Source: Mobula birostris
Lineage: Eukaryota
Reading direction: 5' to 3'
Length of the DNA stretch: 64,000 bases
Assembly: GCF_030028105.1 (NCBI RefSeq)
Contig: NC_092378.1
Location: 125,415,731-125,479,730, forward strand
How positions within the stretch are numbered: the first letter of the stretch is position 1; each line of letters begins with the position of its first letter. Positions 48,933-61,163 of this stretch are shown here, piece after piece. The position numbers and the translations under genes are program-made. The notes under the pieces are model-generated. The model did not search any database. It was not told the origin of the DNA and saw only the letters and a list, made by a program, of their open reading frames with translations.

Positions 48933-50574
48933 GAAGTGGTCCACAGCAGCGATGATTGATAAGTTGGTGGCCTAAGGTAAACAGAAATGAGGGATACAGC
49001 TCTCGTTACATGCACATGCAGTTCAACTCTTTGAGTGAAAATGCAGAAAGTTTGAAGTTAATAACTCATCTCCTTTTACCTTAGGCCACGAACTTAACAA
49101 AAGATGTATGGGTATAGGTCCACTAAAGGTTGCACAAGTGAAACCCATAGGTAATGATACTGAAGGGGTAGAGAAATTGAATACTTTTCCTCACCAATTT
49201 ACTGAGAACAATAAGGTGAAATACATTTTCCGAAAAAATTATTGCTAGCAATTTCTCCCTGCATTAATTTTACACAACTAAAATCTGCTTATTTTCTGAT
49301 TGAATAATAACACCTTAATACATAAAGTTTACATTTTGGTAGGGGACTCTGAATGAATTTCAATGGCATTAATTACTAATATTGCTTACCTTTTTTTATT
49401 TAGAAAGGGGAAAATACTAGTTTGTATTATCAAAAGTCGCAGCAGGGATGACTCTGCCACATAGGAGCACTGGGAAGAGAACCCAATTTGGGACCAAATT
49501 ATGAGATTCGGGATCTAATGATCTCTGAGAGTGAACGAGAAGAATGAATTCCAAGCATGCTGGAATGGAGCTCACGATACTAAAATCAACCAGAGAGATA
49601 TTGTGTAAATTAGCGATTTTGAAGCCTGGAACATTTGGGTAGTTCTGGGATTAAGGAGCACTAGAAATACAGTCAAGGGGGTTGTGGAAAATGGCAGGGA
49701 TCTTGACATCTGGAGATCATAGGGCTTGGAAGTGGTGGAGCGAAGATGAGTGGGATTTTAAGTCAAATCATTGTGTTCAGTAAGGTTTGAAGGAATCTTA
49801 AGATAATGGAGTGTAATGTGATTATCACTAAATTTTACAGAATGTAAGGTTTTTTTCTTGTTTATAAAATGAATGATTAAATTATGGGATAGGAATGTGC
49901 AACTTTACAAAATGGACTTACAATATTTGATATGAATATGTGAGTAGATGTTCATTCATCAGTGGATTATTAACATTTGTTGGTGTTTGCAGTCTAAATA
50001 AACATAAGCTTCAGCATAATATATTCAAAACTTCATTTATACAATTTCCATATTATTATATATGAAGCAGATTTTATTAATTTGCATTCCTACAGAAACA
50101 AACAAGTGATTAAAACATAAATTATATATTAACAATTTTTCTTTCTAATTCACCCACAGCACAGATATTACCTTTGAAAAATTTGTGGCATGGTTAAACT
50201 GAATGCTTGGGTTCTGATGAAAGGTCACAGATCATTTTCTCTCCCTTCACAAATAGTATTTATCTGCAGAGTAGTTTCAGCATTTTCTGTTTGTCATTTA
50301 TTTTCCTGTGATGGCACCATTGTCAAATATTCTACAGACATTAACTTTGAAAGTTCGAACAGGAATAATGAAGAAATTATTGAAATAATATAGGCACGTA
50401 CAACAACTGCAATGTATATGTACACCTTAAGTCACTCAAGTAAATTCTGTGTTCAATGTTAATGAATTTATTACATTTAACTTCATCAATTGTGTAAAGT
50501 TTGGAAGAAGTTAAAACTTGTCCAAAAGTGTGGTTTTATGAAATTACAAATATAGAGGATTTTCCCTTACAAAG

Positions 50575-52460
50575 ATCAATGTAAATTTTATTATCAAAGT
50601 ACACATATGTCACCATATACAGTCCTGAGATTCATTTTCTTGTGGGCATACTCAGCAAATTTGCAGAATATATAACAGGATCAATGAAAGATCAACTAGC
50701 ATGTAGAAAGTCTTCGACTGTAAGTACCTCTGGTCAAGAATGATGAGTTCGGAAGGCACTGGCGTGGAGGGCAATGAACGACATGAAGGAAATCTGGAAG
50801 TCGAGCCTGATCAGAGGGCTTAAAAAGAGGATCATCATAGCTGTCATAGAGTCCATTCTCACGTACGGATGCGAGACGTGGACACTCACCAAGACTATGC
50901 AAAAGTCTCTAGATGGTTGCTGTACACAAATGCTCCGGATGACTCTTGACGTGAGTTGGCAACAGCACATGATGAACGTCGAGCTCTATAACGACCTACC
51001 GATGCTTACCACTAAAATCGAGGCAAGAAGAATGCAACTAGCAAGGCACTGTCTACGCCACCCGAGCTACCTGCCAGCCTAGTCATCATATGGGAGCCCA
51101 AGCATGGGAGGATGAACCTTGGGCGCCCTCCCAAGACTATGGTCAACACGCTCCTAGAAGACAGCGGCGCAACTAATGTAGATGAACTGAACACACTGAT
51201 GAGGGAGAGGGAGAAGTGGAGAGTCTGTCATCATGCCCGACGCAGGCCCCCTAGGCCTGAGTCAACGTAGTAGTAGTAGTAGTCGTAGCAGAAGACAACA
51301 AATTGTGCAAATGCAAAAGTAAATAAACAGCAATAAATAATGGGAATGTGAGATACAGAGTCCTTAAAGTGAGATCATTGGTTGTGGGAACATTTCTACG
51401 ATGGGGCAAGTTATCCCCTTTATTCAAGAGCCCAATGGTTGAGGGGTAGTAACTGTTCTTGAACCTGGTGGTGCAAGTCCTAAACCTTTTGTACCTTCTA
51501 TCTGGTGGAAGCAGTGAGAAGAGAGCATGACCTGGGTGGTGGGGATCTTTGCTGATAGATGTTATTTTCCTTCAACAGCGTTTCATGTAGATGTACTCAA
51601 TGGTTGGGAGCTTTACCCTGATGTACTGGGCTGAATCTTCTGAAATAGTAACACCCAGGAATTTGAAGTTGCTAACCCTCTCCATCTCTGATCCTCTGAA
51701 GAGGACTGGCTCATGAACCTCTGGTTTCCCTCTCCTGGTCTATAATCAGTTCCTTGGTCTTGCTGATATTGAGTGAGAGGTTGTTGTTATGATGCCACTC
51801 AACCAAATTCTCATTCTCCCTCCTGTATGCTGATTCATCACCACCTTTGATTCAGCCCACAACAGTGGTGTCATTAGCAAACTTGAGTATGGTTTTGGAG
51901 CTATACTTAGCCACACAGGCTTAGGTGTAAAGTGAGTAGAACAGGGGGTACACAGCCCTATGGTGCACCTTTGCTGGTGAAGATCATGGAGAAGATGATG
52001 TTACCAATCTGAACTGACTGGTTTCTACAAGTGAGAAAATCCAGGATCCAATTGCATAAGGAGGTATTGAGGCCAAAGTCTTGGAGCTTATTGATTAATT
52101 TTGAGGGGACGATGGCATTGAATATTGAGTTGTAGTTGATAACGAGCGTGCTGATTTATGCATCATTGCTGTTCTGATGTTACAGGGTTGATTGAGGAGC
52201 CAATGGGATGGTATCTGCTGTGTATCTGTTGATTCAGTAGGTAAACTGGAGCGAATCTGTTTGTAGGTCGCCTCTCAGGTGGGAACTGATATGTTTCATC
52301 AGCAATCTCGCAAAACACTTCATTACTGTAGATGTAAGTGCAACTGGGTGATAGTCATTGTGGTAGGTTACCATACTCTTCTTGGGCAATGGATTAACTG
52401 AAGTCTGCTTGAAGCAGGTGGGTACCACACAAGCGAAAGGTTGAAGATCTCAGTGAACTC
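50575..52460 (-). mobile_element. Rex/Babar-type LINE 3' half with nested RTE
   Basis: [51 protein letters not shown]. Confidence 0.78.
50716..51286 (+). mobile_element. RTE-clade LINE 3' fragment with (TAG)n tail
   Basis: AVIESILTYGCETWTLT..LDGCCTQMLR, GRPPKTMVNTLLED; gtagtagtagtagtagt tail. Confidence 0.82.
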
Positions 52461-52624
52461 ACCAGCCTTTCATATATAAGCTCCATTCAATCTACTGACT
52501 CTTTCTGTGCCAACCTTTGGCCACAAAATGGAGCAAAGGGAAGGGTTACATGGGTCATGATGCTTAACTCACCTCCTTATCACATCTACTTTCCTCTTAA
52601 TTTAAATTTAGCACTTTGGTAACA

Positions 52625-52779
52625 TTATCTACAGTAACTTCGTGGCCCGGGAGTGTTACCTTCTGTAACTTTGTGGCCCGTGAAAATTACTTGCAGTAAC
52701 TTTGTGGCCCAGGAACATTATCTGCAGTAACTCTGTGGCCCGGGAATGTTACCTGCAGTAACTTTGTGGGCTGGGATCC
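52625..52779. repeat. Minisatellite, 5 x 31 bp
   Basis: Consensus TTAYYTGCAGTAACTTTGTGGCCCGGGAAYR repeated in register. Confidence 0.85.
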
Positions 52780-53087
52780 CTAATTCACTTTTCAGTAATA
52801 TCCCTGTTTTTATTGTCTATTTGCTATTTCTGTCCTTTACATTTGTTGCTCATACAAAGCTGCATCTCTGATACAATTGGAGCAACCTGCACAGCCCTAA
52901 TCTTATCACAGCAGCAATAGAACACTATGAACCACCTCCTGGGCTACTATTGAATTGTCTCTGATTGTGGCTTTGTTTTTTCACAGTCTTTTTTTCTCTC
53001 TCTCTTCACTGTCTTGTATAATTTACGGATTGCATGTTGTCTGTATTTATGTACATGTGAAGCAGCTGCAAGTAAGTTTTTTGGTAC

Positions 53088-53365
53088 AGGGCGAGCAATT
53101 TCAACTTCCTGGCTGTAAACATCTCTGAGGATCTATCCTTGGCCCAACGTATCGATACAGCTACAAGGAAAGTACGACCAAGGCTATATTTCATTAGGAG
53201 TTTGAGGAGATTTAGTATGTCACCAAAGAAACTTGTAAATTTCTACAGACGTACTGTGGAGAGCCTTCTAACTGGCTGTATTACCATCTGGTATCGGGGT
53301 GCTACTGCACAGGATCAAAATACGCTGGAAAAAGCAGAACAGTCAGCTCCATCACGGGCACTATA
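53088..53365 (+). mobile_element. Rex/Babar-type LINE fragment
   Basis: RLYFIRSLRRFSMSPK..NFYRRTVESLLTGCITIWY. Confidence 0.72.
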
Positions 53366-53954
53366 ATTTTATAACCTTCTTTTGTTTTCTTTTATTTACC
53401 TTATTTCTTATTGTTCTTGTATTTCATCTGGTTAACTTATTGACTGAGAATATAAAATTTCCGTTACCTTTGATTATCTTTTTCTTGTTTTTTTTTACTT
53501 GTTCCAACTCATTTTATCAGAATGTATTCTTCTTAATTCTTTTGGTACAACACATTCCTGCTCTATCTCATTATGTATTTTTCAATGTACCTGTGCTCCC
53601 ATGTAGATGAGGCTCATCAGCTGTAGCAGCTCATCTAGGAGAAGGGAAGCTCTAATCTCAAACCTCCGCTGCCTTGCAGCCATAACCGTTCACGAAGGCG
53701 GCTTCGGGAGTAAACCCCAAGGAGAAATCCAGAGTTGGAGTCCCTAAGTCAGTCCTACGTTGAGTTCAATGCTGACTAGCAACTCCTGTAATGCGACTGG
53801 TGCCAAACTGCATCGGACTCTGCAGTTCCTTTGATTTCACCAGTTGCATGGAGGGGGGTGCCTGCTGCAAGGGCAACAATTTGCACTCCATATCATACTG
53901 CCCCAACTTGCTTATTAATTAAACATAAAACAGCTGGGTTGCAAGATGCTCTTG

Positions 53955-55314
53955 GTGGGAGAGCATTTTGGAGGTAGCAATCACAACTCTATCTCTTTTA
54001 CCATAGCGCTGGAGAGGGATAGGAGCTGACAAATTGGGAAACATTTTAATTGGGGTAGGGGGAAATGTGATGCTATTAGGTAGAAACTTGGGAACGTAAA
54101 TTGGGATCAGATGTTTTCAGGGAAATGCACAACAGAAATGTGGCAAATGTTCAGGGAACATTTGCACGACATTCTGCATAAGTATGTTCTATTGAGGCAG
54201 GGAAAGGATGGTAGGGGTAGGAACCATGGTGTACAAAGGACATAGAAAATCTAGTTAAGAAGAAAAGTAAAGCTTAGAAAAGGTTCAAGAAACTAGGTAC
54301 TGTTAGAGCTCTAGAAAATTACAGGAGTGCCAGGAAGGAGCTCGAGAATGAAATTAGGAGAGCTAGAAGGGGCCATGAGAAGGCCTTTGCGAGCAAAATT
54401 AAGGATTAAGGGAAATCCCCAATGTATTCTACAAGTATGTGAGGAGCAAGAGGTTTAGCCATGTGAGAATAGAATCAATCAAGTGCAATAGTGGAAGTAT
54501 GTGCATGGAGCCAGAGGAAGTAGCAGAGGTACTTAATGAATACTTTGCTTCAGTATTCACCAGTGAAAAGGACCTTGCCAATTGTGGAGATGACTTACAA
54601 CGGGCAGAAACACTTGAGTGTATAGAAAGAGGATGTGCTGGAGTTGTTGAAAGGTATTAAGTTATATAACACACCAGGACCGGACGAGGGATACCCCAGG
54701 CTACTGTAGGATGCGATGGAGGAGATTACTGAGCCTTTGGTGATGATCTTTACATCATCAATAGGGATAGGAGGGGTACCAGAGGACTGGAAGATTGCAA
54801 GTGTTGTTCCCTTCTTCAAGAAAGGGAGTAGAGATAACCCAGGAAATTATAGACCAGAGAGTCTTACTTCAGTGGTGGGCAAATTGTTGCAGAAGATCCT
54901 GAGAGGCAGGATTTATGAGCATTTGGAGAGACATAATCTGATTGGGGATAGTTAGCATGGCTTTATCAAGGGCAGCCCGTGTTTTATGAGCCTAAATGAA
55001 TTTTTTGAGGAGGTAACAAAACACATTGATGTAAGTAGAGTAGAGGATGTAATGTATATGGATTTCAGTAAGGCAGTTGATAAGGCTCATGCAAGGCTCC
55101 TTTAGAAAGTATTGAGGCATGGGATCCAAGGAGACCTTGCTTTGTGGATCCAGAATTGGCTTGCCCACAGAAGGCAAAGGGTGGTTGTAGGTGGTTTGTA
55201 TTCTGCATGGAGGTCAGTGACCAGTGGTGTTCCACAGGGATCTGTTCTGGGATCCCTCCTCTTTGTCATTTTTATAAATGACCTAGATGAGGAAGTAGAA
55301 GGGTGGGCTAGTAA
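53955..55314 (+). mobile_element. CR1 ORF2 internal fragment (same subfamily as 4640-8570), 3'-truncated
   Basis: Colinear with about 6320-7668; [35 protein letters not shown]; stops just before the FADD motif. Confidence 0.9.
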
Positions 55315-55435
55315 GATGCCTACTGATGATGTCATCAACTAGAGACAAAGATCACATGACCTAAATGACTGCTATATGAAACTACCAGCAAAGGTTGCAA
55401 AATGACAAATAAAATAACCGACTTAAGGCAGCACA
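55315..55435 (-). repeat. BEL/Pao 3' LTR, truncated, preceded by PPT
   Basis: aagcagggag|TGTGCTGCCTTAAG; direct repeat of 61043-61163. Confidence 0.88.
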
Positions 55436-56474
55436 CTCCCTGCTTGGTATCCATAGATACCACAATTTAACACTTTTACAGTTCACCTCTAAATGAGGAA
55501 CTCCCTCATTCCTAGTCCTCAAGGGAGAGCAGCAGGACCACTTCAGCCACAGGCCTGAGTAACAGCTTTGTTCCATCACCTCTGTTGGTCTTCACCTCAA
55601 CCTTACGGACTCTTCCATCCTTGCTGGGAAATACCTGAGTTATGACTCCTAAAGGCCTGTCACTTCTCTTGGATTGACAATCCCTCATGAGCACCACAGA
55701 TCCTGGTGTGATGTTTGGCCTACTGGACGTCCATTTCCTTCGTAACTACAAGGTAGACAAGTATTGTTTGCGCCATCTGTCCCAGAAGGTACTGGCAAGG
55801 CTTTGCACCTGCCGCCACTGTCTCTTGTACAGGTCCTTGCTGTTGAACTCACCTGAAGGAATGGGATAAGGGTTGCTGTTCTGTGTGAGCGGCGTGGCAG
55901 GAGTGAGAATGAATGGATCTTCTGCATCTGTAGACATGGCACTAGAGGTCTATTGTTCACAATGGCCATCACCTCGACCATAAAGGTGGTGGGCACCTCA
56001 TGAGTGAGACTAGAAGGTCCTGACTGGAGAAGCATAAAGTCCAGGATTTTGCGGGTGATGCTGATCATTCTCTCCAATACACCTCCCATATGGGAGGAAT
56101 GAGGCGGATTGAATATCCAGGTACAGCCCTTTCCTGAGAGGTACCTCTTCACCACATCTTCGTCAACATTGGAGGAGATTCCTAGATCTTTGCATGCTCT
56201 GATGAATTTCGTTCCCCGGTCAGAACGGATTTGCTTGAATGACCCATGAATCGCCAGGAACCCTCTCAGGGCATTTATAAAACTTGAGCTGTCCATGAAC
56301 TGCATGACCTCGAGGTAGATGGCTCTGATGCTTAAACAGGTAAATAAAACTGCCCATCTTTTACTTTCGGCATGGCCACCCCTCGTACGGTGCAGAGATA
56401 GTCCAGGGTCCAAATACATCAACACCAACATGCATGAAGGGCGGTTCCATGCTGAGTCCATCAGAAGGTAAGTC

Positions 56475-57389
56475 AATAGACAATAGGTGGAGTAAGCCAT
56501 TTGGCCCTTCGAGCCAGCACCGTCATTCACTGTGATCATGGCTGATCATCCACAACCAGTACCCTGTTCCTGCCTTATCCCCATAACCTTTGATTCCACT
56601 ATCTTTAAGAGCTCTGTCTAACTCTTTCTTGAAAGAATTCAGAGAATTGGCCTCCACTGTCTTCTTGGGCAGAGCATTCCACAGACCCACAACCCCTGTG
56701 TGAAAAAGTTTTTCCTCAACTCCGTTCTAAATGGTCTTTCCCTTATTCTTAAACTGTGGCCTCTGGTTCTGGACTCCCCCAACATCGGGAACATGTTTCC
56801 TGCCTCCAGCGTGTCCAATCCCTTAATAATCTTATATGTTTCAATCAGATCCCCTCCCATCCTTCTAAATTCCAGTGTGTACGAGCCCAGTTGCTCCAAT
56901 CTTTCAACATATGACATTCCCGCCATCCCTGGAATTAACCTAGTGAATCTACGTTGCACTCCCTCCATAGCAAGAATGTCCTTCCTCAAATTTGGAGATC
57001 AATACTGCACACAATACTCCAGGTGTGGTCTCACCAGGGCCTTGTACAACTGCAGAAGGACCTCTTTGCTCCTATACTCAACTCCCCTTGTTATGAAGGC
57101 CAACATGCCATTAGCTTTCTTCACTGCCTGCTGTACCTGTATGCTTACTTTCAGTGACTGATGAACAAGGACACCCAGATCTCGTTGTACTTCCCCTTTT
57201 CCTAACTTGACTCCATTTAGATAATAATCTGCCTTCCTGTCCTTGCCACCAAAGTAGATAACCTCACATTTATCCACATTAAACTGCATCTGCCCACTCA
57301 CCCAACCTGTCCAAGTCACCCTGTATTCTCATAACATCCTCCTCACATTTCACACTGTCACCCAGCTTTGTGTCATCTGCAAAGTTGCT
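56475..57389 (-). mobile_element. 5'-truncated CR1 nested in the BEL integrase
   Basis: FADDTKL, LQLYKALVRPHLEYCVQ, LEFRRMGGDLIETYK; BEL frame CRKLRGT.. / DLPSD on either side. Confidence 0.9.
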
Positions 57390-60300
57390 GGACTTCACAT
57401 GTCCCCCGAAGCTTACGGCAGGTGATGCACTTGAAGATGAAACTGCTTACACACCTTTAGCACCCACAATCCAGTAACCAGCTGCGCGGACAGCACCCTC
57501 AGTAAAATGGCATCCTTGATGTTGTAACTTCACATGGTAATGTTGCACAAGGAGTAATGTAACACGATGCCATTTGAGAATGATTAGGGACCTCTTCTCT
57601 TCATGTCCCAACTGTGATTCCTGTACAATATATGTCCACCGACTCTTAATAGGCTGTCCTCACCAATAAATGGATCTAGCATCCTCAGAGGACTGTCCTT
57701 TGGGATATCTCTCTGGGTACTGATGTATTCCATTTCTTCAGCATAAGTTTCCTGCTGGACAGATCGAATGATGACGTTTTTGCTCTGACGGAGATCCTCC
57801 ACTGTGTATGGTGTCTCACAATGATGCCATCCCTTGCAGCTCCCTGTAGAATCTTCTGAGGTCTTCTTGAAAAGGCATGCAATATGTCTGAGATGAGATA
57901 TGGCATGAGTAAGAGCCCTCCAGGTAGAAAAGTACTCAAAGTGCTGAGATCCAAGTCGGCTGTCTTGGGTGGTAGAGGTGAGCACTGTTACTTGCGTGTG
58001 AATTTCTTTATCTTGTTCTGGGTCCACTAGTTCAAAGACGGAATGGTGGCCATTTTCCAGAGTGTTGGTATAGTAGGTGCTCACAGTGGCAGACTTGTGG
58101 ACATTTCCTAGACAGACGTTGCCAACAATTACCCATCCCAAGTCCAGATTTTGAGCGCAGGGGGAGTCATGTGGCCGACTTATCTGTTTCCGTACTTTAT
58201 GGATCCTTATGATGTCTTTTCCAAGAAGGATCATGATGGGAGCCTGAGGGTCGAGCTCTGGGATCTTTTGCACCAGAGGTTTCAGATGAGCATAATGCAG
58301 TGCTGCTTCCGGTGTGGGGATTTCAGAGCGATTATTCGGAATTGTGTTACACTCAATCAGTGTTGGTAGAGCGAGAGTAACCTGCCCATCCATGGATTCC
58401 ACCTGAAAGCCATGCGCTCTTCTGCCTGCTGTCTCAACCACACCAGCACATGTCTTGAAGTAAAGAGAATTGTGGCCTTTGATGTTAAAAAGGTCAAAGA
58501 ACTCAGACCTTACCAATGAGTGATTACTCTGATCGTCCAGTATTGCATATAACCGGATTGCCTTTTCCTGCTGGCCAGCTGGGTAGACTTTCACGAGTCA
58601 AATCTTTGAGCACGATTTTCCAGTGAGGTCCCCCCCCCCCACAGACCTGTGTACAGCTTGAGGAAACAGTAGCTTCTTCAGTATTGTTCCCTTCCTCCCC
58701 GCCATACGCACATGCAGGGGTTTGGACCTTTGAGGACCAAGGAGCTAGTCTAGGGTGCAAGGCTGAGCTGTGACTCCCGCTTCCACATTCAGCACACTTT
58801 ATGCTGCTGTCACAATTTTTGGCTCGATGTGCTGATGATGCACAGCATTTGTAGCAGATGCCATGCTGCTTTAAAAAGGCTGTCCTATTCTTGATGGACT
58901 TCTCCCTAAATCCACAGCATTTTTGGAGGGTGTGCAGATTATTGTGTAAGGGACCTTGCGTAGCAGGATCCACTTTACTCTTGCATGTCGTGTCAGCTGA
59001 AGAGAAGGTTCAAGGAGACACTTCAGTCTTGTGGACTGAGATTGGAGGCCTCTGACTGCTGTACTTAGGAGCTGACTTTCCCATCGCTGGAGGGTCAGTA
59101 CTGCCTGGAATGAGAGAGAAGCTAGGATCATTTCACACCTTGGCTTGCTGACAAACGAACTCCACAAAATAGGCAAACGGTGAAAAGGGAACATTATGCT
59201 CTTCCTTGAACTTAAAACTGTGCGAGAGCCATCTCTCCTGCAAATTATATGGCAGCTTCTGCACAATGGGGTTGATACCACGGGCTGTGTCGAAGTAGGT
59301 GAGTCCCGGCAGGTCCCCATCAGATTTAGCAGCTTCAAGCTCCATTAACAAGTCACCTAGCTCTCTTAACTTCCTGTGCTCCTTGTTAGAGATCTTAGGG
59401 AAGCTTTCCACTCACCTGAACAGCGCATTCTCAATTACCTCTGGTGACCCATAACACTCGTCAAGTCTGCTCCAAGCCAATCTGAGCCCTCTCTGTGGGT
59501 GATGGACATGCATAGCTCTTATCCTTCTCACATGTTCAGCTGACTCGGTAGCTAGCCACTTCACCAAGAGGTCCATCTCTTCACTATCTGTAAGGTTTAG
59601 ACCTCGTATGGCATTCAGGAATGATGCTTTCTAAGCCCTGTAACTCTCAGGATGGTCACTAAACTGCAGAAGCCCTGAGGACACAAGTTCATGTCTTGCA
59701 AAAAACCTGACAAAGTCCGACATGCTCTCACTATCAGCAGGATTAGTCTGTTGGGCTCCTGCATACGGGTGTGCTTGAGGATGATCTCTGTCATTGGATA
59801 CCTCTGCGTAACTCATGCGATCCATGGCTCCCCTTGAACTCCGCACTATCTGGGGCTTTCTACCCGAAGGGTGTGACGTGTGAGCGTCAGTGTGCCTTGA
59901 TTGACTTCCAACCAATGAAATACGCTCCTGAGGATGACGGTCGTGAGACTGGGCTTATCATCCTGAAAGTGACACTGCACAGTAGCTTTGGGTGGACGCT
60001 GTACAACAGTGGCTGGTTGACTAACACTGTTAGTAGAGTCTCCTTCCAATGTAGGTATTGACTGATAGGTAGCATGCTTTGCCTGCTCTTCCACATGTTC
60101 TTTTGTGCGCTCCGCTGGATCGTGGGTTTGAAGATCAATTTTGGAGCTGAGGTCCTCATTTTGCTCTTCCATGGCTGCCTCTAATGCTTCAGCTACCGCA
60201 GCTGCAGCTCTTTTCTCCCGTTGAAGGGCAACAACAAGTGATAACTCTAAGTGTGCTTGTTCCATTTCGATTTGGTGTTCCTTTTCTGCAAATGCAGCCT

Positions 60301-60490
60301 CTGCTTTAGCGGCTTGGGCGTCAGTTCACGCTAAGGCTGAGGCTGCACTGATGGAGGAGACATATGATCATTTGAATGAAGACGAACTTGAGGCATGAGA
60401 CCTTGTCTGTAGTGACCGAGATCCTGAAGATTTTCTGTCCGACATTTTGAAAAGAGAATTGCCTTCGTATTCCAGAAAGCGTCGTTTCAC

Positions 60491-61163
60491 TGTCCTGTCC
60501 TCTTCACACACCTTGCATGAATTGACAGGCAGATGAACTCCATCCCCAATTACCACACTGACAAAAACGTTCCAAGTTGACTTTCTTTAATGTGGCAACT
60601 GATGGTAGGGTAAAACTGACAGAAAGAAAAATGTACAATCAAAAGGTGTCCAAATTCCCATTATGGTTAAGTACAAAGCAAGCATTAAGTATACCACAAA
60701 TGATACAAAATAATACACAAGATACTGTATACAAATAAGTTCTATATCATAAAGGTAGACTACTGGTAAGCAAGATGTTGCTACATACAATGTATCTTAT
60801 GCACATTTTCTCACTACAGGTTAGCCAGAACATGTGGCCCGCATGAATATTCCATCTGTATTTCATCTGCACACAAACCATTCAAATATCTCTGATTTGT
60901 GGAAATATGCATGTACATCAATAAATAATAAACCCAAAGATTACTTTTACATACGGACGATGCTTTCAAAGACCTGAACGTCAGGATGATGTCGAATGAA
61001 AAGGCACAGGCTCTCCCTCAACTCTACATGGAGAACTGTCTCGATGCCTACTGATGATGCAATCAACCAGAAACACAGATCACATGACCTAAATGACTGC
61101 TATACGAAACTACCAGCAAAGGGTGCTAAATGACAAATAAAATAACTGACTTAAGGCAGCACA
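60491..61163 (-). repeat. BEL/Pao 5' LTR (about 673 bp, TGT...ACA)
   Basis: Begins TGTGCTGCCTTAAG and its first ~120 bp match 55315-55435. ATTAAA near 60590. The inner end (..ggacaggaca|gtgaaacgac) is inferred from typical fish BEL junctions. Confidence 0.7.

Larger units (their letters stand above)
47629..49100. mobile_element. Mariner-like MITE carrying nested PLE and CR1 insertions
   Basis: Left end TA|CGAGGGGTGGTTAATAAGTTCCTGGCCTAAGG; inverted copy ccttaggccacgaacttaacaa at about 49079-49100; internal direct copy near 48954-48978. Confidence 0.65.
55315..61163 (-). mobile_element. BEL/Pao LTR retrotransposon, decayed, lacking RT/RNase H
   Basis: Gag with CYKCCASSAHRAKNC and CAECGSGSHSSALHP knuckles; protease YAILDDQSNHSL; integrase WAVLFTCLSIRAIYLE, IRSDRGT, FNPPHSSHMGG.LERMI; C-terminal RQWRQVQSLASTFWDRWRKQYL, DGRVRKVEV; paired LTR sequence at both ends. 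Confidence 0.92.

Noticed and set aside
52625-52779. CRISPR-like array
   Set aside because: Units are contiguous with no unique spacers, there are no cas genes, and the context is a vertebrate genome.
57584-58594. Longest ORF (336 aa) as a domesticated retroelement gene
   Set aside because: Flanking gag and integrase frames carry stops, frameshifts and a CR1 insertion; it is part of a decaying BEL copy.
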